Source of the DNA: Candidatus Burarchaeum sp.
GTDB taxonomy: Archaea; Micrarchaeota; Micrarchaeia; Burarchaeales; Burarchaeaceae
Direction of reading: 5' to 3'
DNA: 64,000 bases
NCBI GenBank assembly: GCA_030646255.1
Contig: JAUSNF010000021.1
Coordinates: 9,340-73,339, forward strand
In this document: positions 1 through 7,327 of the stretch, piece after piece
How positions within the stretch are numbered: position 1 is the first letter of the stretch
How the letters are laid out: each line of letters begins with the position of its first letter
Notes under the pieces: model-generated
What the model was told of the DNA's origin: nothing
Databases searched by the model: none
The model's input: only the letters and a program-made list of their open reading frames with translations
Translations under genes and position numbers: made by a program

Positions 1-684
1 TCTGCAAAGCAGGATACTCGTAGGTGTAGAATATGCGGTCCAACCTGGCGCCTTCCACGAAGCACCAGACTTCAACCCTCTTCCCTGTAGCTTCTTTCAG
101 GCGCACCGCCATGTCAGCATAGCGCACTGAACAACTTCGGGTGCGCGGAAGCTGCCGGCTTGAGCCGGTAGAGGAGCGCACCCAGCAGCTTCCCGATTTC
201 TGGCCGGGCCAGAAATGGGCCCATTGCTCGAAGCGTCGAGCAATCGGGCCGCCTAAAGTCCATACACGCCGGAAGCTGAGGGCTTTAGCCCGCAGTTGTT
301 CACGGAGTACGCGCCCCAGATGGCATCTGCCTGCGCAAAGGTTACCGGGTAGGGGCCAGCATACGAAACACCGTAAATCACTGCCTTGCCGTCCTTCGGC
401 GAGGCCCTTTCGTACCAGTGCTCCCGCGCGTTCATCTCAAAGTAGGCGGGATATTGGAGCGAAGACTGGGTGCCTTCATCCCATATGGCCTTCTGCACCG
501 AGCCATTGCCCGCATAGGCATTGATGGCGTCCAGCAGCCTCACAAGGCTTCCATGGTTGCCAGTGCCCGACCAGAAGCCCATGTGCACGGGTTTATAAGG
601 ATTGCTTTCCCTACTCATATCAGTGGGTAAGTCCTGGGGTGCTGGTGCACCTTGAGGTGCACATTCGTCAACTCCAGGGTCCAC
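1..684 (-). pseudogene. Hypothetical protein gene interrupted by a 176-nt insertion; runs off the window edge
   Basis: ORF 684->304 ends ...ADAIWGAYS; deleting 128..303 restores the frame YS-V-RYADMAVRLKEATGKRVEVWCFVEGARLDRIFYTYEYPALQ, open to position 1. Confidence 0.7.
128..303. mobile_element. Miniature non-autonomous element with terminal inverted repeats and stacked hairpins (IS200/IS605-end/PATE-like)
   Basis: TGAACAACT (128-136) / AGTTGTTCA (294-302); internal palindrome ATTTCTGGCC-G-GGCCAGAAAT; minus-strand end GTGAACAAC-TGCGGG-CTAAAG-CCCTCA-GCTT; removal restores host ORF. Confidence 0.7.
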
Positions 685-690
685 TAAACG

Positions 691-1320
691 CTACTTTTCC
701 CAAAGCGGTATGACGCTAGTTTTGCCCTCTATTATTTTGAAGTAGGAATCATCCCCAATGCTGAACTTCCTGTTCACTGCCCAGGCTACGAAATCAACGG
801 CCTGCAGCGCCCTATCTTCATATCCATGCAGGCCTTTTATCTGAAGCCCCTTTTGCGGGAAGGCCTCCTTGAATTTGCCGCATACGTATTCCTCAAACTC
901 CCTGCTCAGCAGCCTGTTGGTTTCCCGCTTTTCATAAACGATCGAAACCTCAGCGCACTCTTCTATCTCCATGGTCTGCAGCAGTATTCCTGCAATGTAG
1001 CTGTAAAGCCTGACTTTTTTATCGTATAACTCTGGGCGTATTTTCTGTTTGTCCACCACTATTGTGGCCAGCCTGCAGTCCATCTCGTTTATGGCCTTAA
1101 GGACATAGCGCCTTATTTCCTCATCTGAATTGTTCGCCTTTATCTGCGGAAGGCTGGAAAGCCTCTTGTTCAGCCGCCGCTCCCGTATTCTTTTCATCTT
1201 GTTCTGTATTGGTTTCGGGTCTCCTGTAATTAGTGCGGATATGTTGAAGTATTTGCTTCCGTGCGTTCCCAGGTCTCCACTTTCATCGACAAAAAGGTAT
1301 AGGCATATTGCATTCTCCAT
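691..1320 (-). CDS. DUF3800 family protein (RNase H-like)
   Basis: N-terminal FVDESGDLG and C-terminal LQAVDFVAW motifs. Confidence 0.85.
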   Translation of the reverse strand: MENAICLYLFVDESGDLGTHGSKYFNISALITGDPKPIQNKMKRIRERRLNKRLSSLPQIKANNSDEEIRRYVLKAINEMDCRLATIVVDKQKIRPELYDKKVRLYSYIAGILLQTMEIEECAEVSIVYEKRETNRLLSREFEEYVCGKFKEAFPQKGLQIKGLHGYEDRALQAVDFVAWAVNRKFSIGDDSYFKIIEGKTSVIPLWEK

Positions 1321-1371
1321 AGTAGCGCCATAAATGAACCTTTTGCCGAAGCTTATAAACCACCCGAGACC

Positions 1372-1387
1372 GGGGAGCGGGTGACTT
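1372..1387. repeat. 16-bp direct repeat, copy 1 (GGGGAGCGGGTGACTT)
   Basis: Identical copy at 2846-2861; both lie 12 nt from a TATA-like box. Confidence 0.8.
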
Positions 1388-1465
1388 CCTTACTTCTCCC
1401 CTATGGGATCTTCGCCGCCCGAGTTGATGTAAAGGTTTTTATACCTGCCAAAGGAAAGGAAAAGC

Positions 1466-1693
1466 ATGAAGAACCTCGGGCTTACAGCCGTAATCTGGAA
1501 GGAAGGAAAGCACTACGTTTCGCTCTGCCCGCAGCTCGATGTTTCGAGCTTCGGCTCCACAAAGGCCGAAGCCATCGAGAACCTCAAGGAAGCGGCATCC
1601 CTTTATCTTGAGTCGGCAAAGCAGGTGAAGCTTCCCCTGCCTGCCAGCGTAGTTTACAAGAAATTCGTGCTGCCTCTTAAACTGGCTCAATAG
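1466..1693 (+). CDS. hicB: HicB-like antitoxin (UPF0150)
   Basis: YVSLCPQLDVSSFGSTKAEAIENLKEAASLYL signature; adjacent to hicA. Confidence 0.85.
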   Translation: MKNLGLTAVIWKEGKHYVSLCPQLDVSSFGSTKAEAIENLKEAASLYLESAKQVKLPLPASVVYKKFVLPLKLAQ

Positions 1694-1702
1694 GGCGGTC
1701 CC

Positions 1703-1936
1703 ATGGCCGGGCTGCGGAACATAACTTCGAAGCAGATGGTCGAGTTCCTGAAATCAAAGGGATTCTCGGAACTGCGCCAGAAGGGAAGCCATCTCTCGAT
1801 GTTTTCCCCTTCAACCAAGCACCTCACCGTAGTTCCCATGCACGGGACAAAAGAAATACCAATAGGCACAATTCTTTCAATTCTCCGCTCAGCGGGCTTG
1901 TCGCGAAAAGAGCTCGAGGAATTTTTAGGAAGATGA
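1703..1936 (+). CDS. hicA: HicA toxin
   Basis: GF..RQKGSH..TVVPMH..EIPIGTILSIL pattern. Confidence 0.9.
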   Translation: MAGLRNITSKQMVEFLKSKGFSELRQKGSHLSMFSPSTKHLTVVPMHGTKEIPIGTILSILRSAGLSRKELEEFLGR

Positions 1937-1947
1937 TGCTAAGCGGC

Positions 1948-2052
1948 TCACCGCCCGATAGTTTCAAGCCGCGTTACCTTTCCTGCCCTTGCCTCTGCCT
2001 TAAGCTTGCGCAGTTCCGCCATCTCTGCCTTGCTGAGGGTTATCTCATGCAC
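1948..2052 (-). CDS. Putative 34-aa peptide resembling an antitoxin C-terminal helix
   Basis: GTG..TGA, MHEITLSKAEMAELRKLKAEARAGKVTRLETIGR; below the ORF-track cutoff. Confidence 0.35.
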   Translation of the reverse strand: MHEITLSKAEMAELRKLKAEARAGKVTRLETIGR

Positions 2053-2062
2053 GAGCTCGCCC

Positions 2063-2134
2063 CTAATACTTCTGCCTATACGCCTTCTTTTTCTCAACGC
2101 GCTGGTACTTGGTCTGGAACTTCTTCTTGCTCAT
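2063..2134 (-). CDS. 23-aa Lys-rich micropeptide, copy 1 (MSKKKFQTKYQRVEKKKAYRQKY)
   Basis: Paralog at 5792-5863 differs mostly at third codon positions; G-rich RBS-like sequence upstream. Confidence 0.7.
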   Translation of the reverse strand: MSKKKFQTKYQRVEKKKAYRQKY

Positions 2135-2180
2135 GCGAATCCCCCCATGCCTATTCTCTGCCGCATCTTCTATTATATCA

Positions 2181-2444
2181 CTATATGCCCGTCCACTCCT
2201 CATAATCTTTATGCGTGCCTATGAAAACAAGTGTTCTTACTGCGGCATCCTTGTCCTCGTGATAGCAGAGTCGGTACTGACCGATTTCGCAAACGCAGAT
2301 TGGAAGCCCCTGCTTCAGGTGCCTTGCAGAAATGCCGCCCGCAAGCTGCTCTATCTTCTTCATCACCCTCACTTTCATTCCCTTGTCTAGCTTCGAGAAA
2401 CAAGCGTCCCAGGCAGGATGGAACCATATCTCCCAGGCGCTCAT
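2181..2444 (-). CDS. RelE/ParE-family toxin
   Basis: 87 aa, IGQYRLCY..FIGTHKDYE; overlaps upstream antitoxin by 4 nt. Confidence 0.75.
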   Translation of the reverse strand: MSAWEIWFHPAWDACFSKLDKGMKVRVMKKIEQLAGGISARHLKQGLPICVCEIGQYRLCYHEDKDAAVRTLVFIGTHKDYEEWTGI

Positions 2445-2713
2445 TCAAAGGCCTCCGGGTATTTGCGCCTGACATCTGCCATTGTGAGTGCCTTCTTCTT
2501 TCCGCTCCTGAGCTCCTGCATCATGGCCTGCGCCTTTGCTGCAGCCAGCTCATCCATCACTTCCTCCCTGCTCTTTATCATGTGGTATTCCTTGCCTAGC
2601 GCGAGTATGCCCGCCCTTACTGCCTCATTCTTGGTCTTGAAAAAGCCGGCTTCCACTAGGTGCTTGAGCGTTTCTTCTACGGGACCTTCCAGCCTTACTA
2701 GTAATTCCGACAT
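2441..2713 (-). CDS. Ribbon-helix-helix (CopG/ParD-like) antitoxin
   Basis: LVEAGFFKTKNEAVRAGI motif. Confidence 0.8.
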   Translation of the reverse strand: MSELLVRLEGPVEETLKHLVEAGFFKTKNEAVRAGILALGKEYHMIKSREEVMDELAAAKAQAMMQELRSGKKKALTMADVRRKYPEAFE

Positions 2714-2730
2714 TTTACCACCTGTCTTAG

Positions 2731-2770
2731 TTATATATCAGATTGATATATAAACATATCACTTTGATAT
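2731..2770 (-). promoter_or_regulatory. Twin palindromic operators (ATATCA-N3-TGATAT) over the TA promoter
   Basis: TTATATATCA-GAT-TGATATATAA (2731-2753) and ATATCA-CTT-TGATAT (2756-2770). Confidence 0.7.
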
Positions 2771-2845
2771 ACCTGTTCAAGCTATGCATCATTCCTGCTT
2801 CCGCTCTCCTTCAAAGAATATTGGGCATTTAAAGCCTCGGAGAGT

Positions 2846-2861
2846 GGGGAGCGGGTGACTT
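2846..2861. repeat. 16-bp direct repeat, copy 2
   Basis: Identical to 1372-1387. Confidence 0.8.
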
Positions 2862-2864
2862 GCC

Positions 2865-3809
2865 CTACCTTTTCTTTCCAAGCATCCTCTTCAGTGCCTT
2901 ATACTCCTTCAGCAGCAGATTCAGCGTGGGCCTGAGGTCGTGCCCGTGCTCGTACTTCTGCAACGCCGCATAATACTCGCTCCTGTGCTTCATCTCAATG
3001 TTCACCGGCGGCAGGCCGTTCTTCAGCAGCATGTTGTTCAGCAAAAGCCTACCTACCCGGCCGTTACCGTCCTGGAACGGGTGAATGTTCTCGAACTGAT
3101 TGTGAATGACTGCAGCCAGCACGAGCGGAGGGTACCTGCGCCTGTTCTTGGAATACCAGCGCACCAGCTCGAACAGCAGGCTCCTGACCTGCGAGGAAGG
3201 CGCTCCCTGATGCACAATCCTGCGCGCGCCGTCCACCACCGCCACTTCAACGCCCGGCGGCCTGAGCTTGCCTGCAAAGGGCTTCGAGTTTCCGAAAACA
3301 AGCCTATGAAGCTCGAGGATGAGCGGCAGGGAGATATGCTCCTTGGTCTTCCTGATGAACGCAATCGCATTGGCGACCCCATAGGTTTCCGATATCTCCT
3401 CCTTCGGCTTGTCCGGCCAGTTGTCTTTTTCCAATATTTCTTCAACTTCCTTGTAGCTGACAGTGGAACCTTCGATGGCGTTGGTGTCATAGGCGAAGGA
3501 TTCGACGAATTTCTGCCAGTCTTCTTCTGACAGGTGCGCTATTCTGATTTCCCCCATCGCCTCGAGCGTGCGAAGCTCCTTCAGCTCTTGCGGTGAGAGA
3601 GCGGCTTCAAGCGGGTCCCGCATGCCTGCCTGCGCGCTGATTTTGGCCGTTAGCTTTGCTTCGGCCATGCGCTTAGCTTCCGCAAGCTCGTCGGGGCTGA
3701 GGTTCTCGCCGAGATAGATGCGGAGCTTCCTCACCTTGCCGCCCTTCCGGTACGAGTGTGCGAGATAGTATTTTTTCCCTCCCCTCAGTTTCCTAATTTC
3801 GACGTGCAT
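2865..3809 (-). CDS. Fic family protein with basic N-terminal putative DNA-binding domain
   Basis: HPFQDGNGRVGR motif; TNAIEG inhibitory-helix motif; N-terminal YYLAHSYRKGGKVRKLRIYLG. Confidence 0.9.
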   Translation of the reverse strand: MHVEIRKLRGGKKYYLAHSYRKGGKVRKLRIYLGENLSPDELAEAKRMAEAKLTAKISAQAGMRDPLEAALSPQELKELRTLEAMGEIRIAHLSEEDWQKFVESFAYDTNAIEGSTVSYKEVEEILEKDNWPDKPKEEISETYGVANAIAFIRKTKEHISLPLILELHRLVFGNSKPFAGKLRPPGVEVAVVDGARRIVHQGAPSSQVRSLLFELVRWYSKNRRRYPPLVLAAVIHNQFENIHPFQDGNGRVGRLLLNNMLLKNGLPPVNIEMKHRSEYYAALQKYEHGHDLRPTLNLLLKEYKALKRMLGKKR

Positions 3810-3816
3810 GATGCTA

Positions 3817-3934
3817 TTAGGTGACTACATTTTATAAACATTTGCATTTAGGTGACCACACTCACGTCGTAAGCGGGCCGGCTTTAGGTGACTACACATA
3901 CGTCGTAAGCAAGCGCGTTTGGGTGACTACACAC
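3817..3934. repeat. Four direct repeats TT(A/G)GGTGAC(T/C)ACA around the fic promoter
   Basis: GGTGAC cores at 3820, 3851, 3887, 3922; TTTATAAA between copies 1 and 2. Confidence 0.8.
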
Positions 3935-4179
3935 GCACATTTTGACGCCTAAATGCGTGCCTAAAAAAACGGCGTGGATTTTACCACACATTTTTCCATT
4001 TCAATGTAAGCCAATACATCGCTCATTTCTTCCCCGCCGCGTCCCCTACGCCTTCCTCCCGCTGTCGTAACTCCACCGCCTTTTTAACAATTGACTTTCC
4101 ATACGCATCTGCGATCAGCAGGTGGGATATTGGTCGAGCGGTATGAAGAACCTAGCGTGATTTAGGGGATGGCTTCGTT

Positions 4180-5682
4180 ATGGGTAGTGCAGCAGCGTAT
4201 TCAACCAATTCATACTCTAGCGCGCCCAAATCCCTTTTGGAACGGCTCGAACCGCTAAACAAAAGAATTAGCGAGCGCATAGAAAGAGAGAGGCAAGAAG
4301 ATGTGCGCACACCCTTGGCCATGGGGCACTCCAGACGTGTTCACAAGACTAGAATAGTTAGGGACGTAATCGGGACAATGACGCAGTTTCCCCTGCGCCT
4401 CGGTTGGGCATTAACGATACACAAAAGCCAGGGCCTTACTTTGCGGCATGTGTGCCTGGATTTTGGCCATAAAGCTCCCTGGGCCCATGGGCAAACTTAT
4501 GTCGCACTGAGCAGATGCACTGGTTTAGACGGACTTTTTCTGAAGGCGCCCATCAGCGATTCCAATGTAATTGTTGATGATCGGATCCTTGATTTTCTCA
4601 ATGATGCCGGTTTGGGCGATTCTCCTGAACTGGACGGCAATTCAACCAGTTTTTATGCACCCCGTGCTTCTGAAACTAGCACGGGCAGCAAGGAAGAACT
4701 GCTTGAACTGCTGGAAACATCAAAAGACTCATTTTTCATAACGGGCCCTGCCGGAAGCGGCAAATCAACCCTAATCAGGGAATTCGTCAATAATACTGAG
4801 AAAAATTCAGTAATCGTGACGTTTACTGGAATAGCTGCCATCAATGTCGGAGGCCAGACTATCAATTCTTTCTTCAGAATCCCGCCTTTCAATTCCAAAA
4901 CTAGGGAGGCAAAGCCCCTTTCGAAAGAAGAGTGCGAGCTGTACCGGAGCATCGACATCATCCTGATAGATGAAATTTCAATGGTCCGCGCGGATTTATT
5001 TGATGAGATGGATGAACGGATGCGCGAGGCCAAACAAAATGACAGCCCATTTGGCGGAGTCCGCATGCTTCTTTTCGGTGACTATTACCAGCTGCCGCCA
5101 ATAGACGATGTTGGTGAAACCATTGCAAAAGGATACGGAACTGAGTATGCCTTCAGCTCCAATGCCTATCGTTCCATGAACATAAAAAATATAAAACTCC
5201 TGAAAATCCACCGCCAAAAAGAGGATTCCATTTTCTTGACGTGCCTTAATGCCATACGCACCGGAACCCGCAGAGAGCAGTTGAGCTCTGCGCTGGCTCA
5301 CATTAATGCCCGTTTCGGAGTAACACCGCAAGAAACTGCGGCCCGGTCGCTGGTAACTTTAACTACGACTAGGCAGCATGCAAAACAGATCAATGAAACA
5401 ATGCTGGGACAATTATCCGGTGAAGAATACCACTATTCTGCCACAGTAACTGGAAAGTTTCCGATTAAGGAAAATAGGATTCCTGCCGAGCTGGATTTAG
5501 TTCTAAAAGCGGGTGCGCGGGTAATTTTTACACAAAATGACCCGAATCATCAATGGGTGAATGGCAGCAGGGGAATAGTGACTAAGCTTACTGAAGATTC
5601 AATGAATATAAAATTAGACGACGGAACACTGGTTTCACCCAATCGTTTTCAATTTGAGATGTTCGAGCATAAGCTCGGTTAA
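4180..5682 (+). CDS. Pif1/RecD-like SF1B helicase, circularly permuted
   Basis: QFPLRLGWALTIHKSQGLTL and GQTYVALSR precede GPAGSGKST, DEISM, GDYYQLPP, HRQ and LKAGARV..NGSRG. Confidence 0.9.
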   Translation: MGSAAAYSTNSYSSAPKSLLERLEPLNKRISERIERERQEDVRTPLAMGHSRRVHKTRIVRDVIGTMTQFPLRLGWALTIHKSQGLTLRHVCLDFGHKAPWAHGQTYVALSRCTGLDGLFLKAPISDSNVIVDDRILDFLNDAGLGDSPELDGNSTSFYAPRASETSTGSKEELLELLETSKDSFFITGPAGSGKSTLIREFVNNTEKNSVIVTFTGIAAINVGGQTINSFFRIPPFNSKTREAKPLSKEECELYRSIDIILIDEISMVRADLFDEMDERMREAKQNDSPFGGVRMLLFGDYYQLPPIDDVGETIAKGYGTEYAFSSNAYRSMNIKNIKLLKIHRQKEDSIFLTCLNAIRTGTRREQLSSALAHINARFGVTPQETAARSLVTLTTTRQHAKQINETMLGQLSGEEYHYSATVTGKFPIKENRIPAELDLVLKAGARVIFTQNDPNHQWVNGSRGIVTKLTEDSMNIKLDDGTLVSPNRFQFEMFEHKLG

Positions 5683-5791
5683 ACTCGTCAGAGGCTGAAG
5701 CACCCTTAAAGCTACTTTCTAGCCGTACTGCTCCTTAATTCCTCCCAGTTGCATTCGCAGTTCCCACCAGCCAGCAGTCTGCCTTCCAATC

Positions 5792-5863
5792 CTAATACTT
5801 CTGCCTATATGCCTTCTTTTTTTCCAGGCGCTGGTATTTTGCCTGGAACTTCTTCTTGCTCAT
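5792..5863 (-). CDS. 23-aa Lys-rich micropeptide, copy 2 (MSKKKFQAKYQRLEKKKAYRQKY)
   Basis: 65/72 nt identical to 2063-2134; GGGGTTGAT RBS-like sequence upstream. Confidence 0.7.
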   Translation of the reverse strand: MSKKKFQAKYQRLEKKKAYRQKY

Positions 5864-5992
5864 GCGTATCAACCCCTATCTTCTACGTCTTCTCTACTTT
5901 TTATCAACAATCCTTATCAAAAACGGTATCAGGATGTACAGCGTCGTGCTCCATGTGCTGCCCGCCATTGCAACCAAAATTGCACCTCTCCA

Positions 5993-6304
5993 TCACTTCT
6001 TTTTCTTCCCTGTCGCTTCCTCCTTCATAATCAACTTCACTATGGTGAAGACTACGAGCGCGATTATCATAAAGTCTATCAGCGCGCCCACGAAGTCGCC
6101 TATCATGAACTTTGCAGAACCTATCTGCAGGGTGGCCGTGCGCCAGTCTCCGCCAGGTATGAGCACGCCGATTATGGGCATTATAATGTCAGTCACAAGG
6201 GCAGTAACCATTTTGGTCGAGGCCGCGCCTATGACAAATGCAACTGCCAGTCCTATTACCTGATATTTCTTCAGGAACTCCGCAAATTCGGACAAAACGC
6301 TCAT
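5993..6304 (-). CDS. mscL: Large-conductance mechanosensitive channel
   Basis: EFAEFL..VIGLAVAFVIGAA..LVTDIIMPII..GDFVGALIDFMIIA. Confidence 0.9.
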   Translation of the reverse strand: MSVLSEFAEFLKKYQVIGLAVAFVIGAASTKMVTALVTDIIMPIIGVLIPGGDWRTATLQIGSAKFMIGDFVGALIDFMIIALVVFTIVKLIMKEEATGKKKK

Positions 6305-6379
6305 GCGACCACCATGCATGAGCTCGGAAAGCGGGTTTATAATTATTTATACTTTACTTGAAATGCATAGTCAGAAGAG

Positions 6380-7222
6380 GTGGTTGTCTTGAAGGGAATT
6401 TACTTATTCGCGTTGTTGGCCGTTTTCAGTCTTCTTATGGCAGGCTGCATTAACCTGCCGGGCCAGCAGGCTCAGCCAGCGCCTGAAAAGAATGCGCAGA
6501 CTGGCACCAACTTCGAGATCGAGCTCTACAAGGCGCAGGTGGACAAGGCAGCCCTGCAGGAGAAGTATGATGCTGCAACGGCAGACCTAAGGCAGTGCCT
6601 GGCAGACACGGCCGCATGCGAGGGCAAGCCCGCCGAGAAGTGCCCTGCACCTGAGAACTGCGATGCCATAAAGGCGGAAAGGGATTCTGCGCTTTCAAGG
6701 CTCTCAACCTGCATAGACGAGAAGGCCGCCATAGCCGGCTCGACGGGAACGTGCAATTCAGCTCTTTCAACGTGCCTTTCCGACAAGTCAGGTTTGACAA
6801 CCTCGCTTGCAACATGCACTGCGGACAAGAGCGCCCTGCAGCTTAGTCTAACTGCGGCGCAGAATGCAGTGCCGAACACTACGGTATGGCACTATGCACC
6901 CGGCAATTTAGGCGCTGAGGGCGGCACCGGCTACAGGACAACAGACTACAAGGTGCCCAGCAGCCTGAAGAAGGCGCTCATAGGGCTGGATTATTCAGGA
7001 GGCAGTGACGCGTTCTTCGGGCCAGGCGTAGTGTCCGGCCTAGTGAGGTGGTACACCATGACCTCGGTGGACGGCGTGCGCTTCAGCTCGGACATAGATG
7101 ACACTGTCGTTATCGACCTGTCCGTTGGCAATCCTCTGAAGGTGAAGACAGTCGAGTTCGCGGCAGGCACTTCAAAGGAGGGCTTTGCACTAAAACGCGT
7201 GATTGCAATTTACATCCAATGA
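6380..7222 (+). CDS. Secreted/lipoprotein with Cys-periodic coiled coil
   Basis: Hydrophobic leader ending LMAGC (lipobox-like); repeated LSTC/LATC units. Confidence 0.7.
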   Translation: MVVLKGIYLFALLAVFSLLMAGCINLPGQQAQPAPEKNAQTGTNFEIELYKAQVDKAALQEKYDAATADLRQCLADTAACEGKPAEKCPAPENCDAIKAERDSALSRLSTCIDEKAAIAGSTGTCNSALSTCLSDKSGLTTSLATCTADKSALQLSLTAAQNAVPNTTVWHYAPGNLGAEGGTGYRTTDYKVPSSLKKALIGLDYSGGSDAFFGPGVVSGLVRWYTMTSVDGVRFSSDIDDTVVIDLSVGNPLKVKTVEFAAGTSKEGFALKRVIAIYIQ

Positions 7223-7327
7223 GCGCTTCCAGTCATTTGCGCGCAAGCTTCAGGCCTATGAATGCAAGAAGCGCCAGCACGATTAGCGCGCCCACTCACG
7301 TGCAGCTTGCAGTGCCTGCAGAAAATC

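Noticed and set aside
128..303. BHB-type mRNA intron
   Set aside because: Ends pair, but no 3-4-3 bulge-helix-bulge places cuts at frame-restoring positions; the best relaxed fold gives a frameshift
685..693. Readthrough fusion of DUF3800 to the downstream ORF (in-frame TAG)
   Set aside because: One-in-three chance event; no pyl machinery visible and TAG is a common stop here
3817..3934. Mini CRISPR array
   Set aside because: Repeat core is only ~13 bp, intervening sequences resemble each other, and no cas genes are in the window
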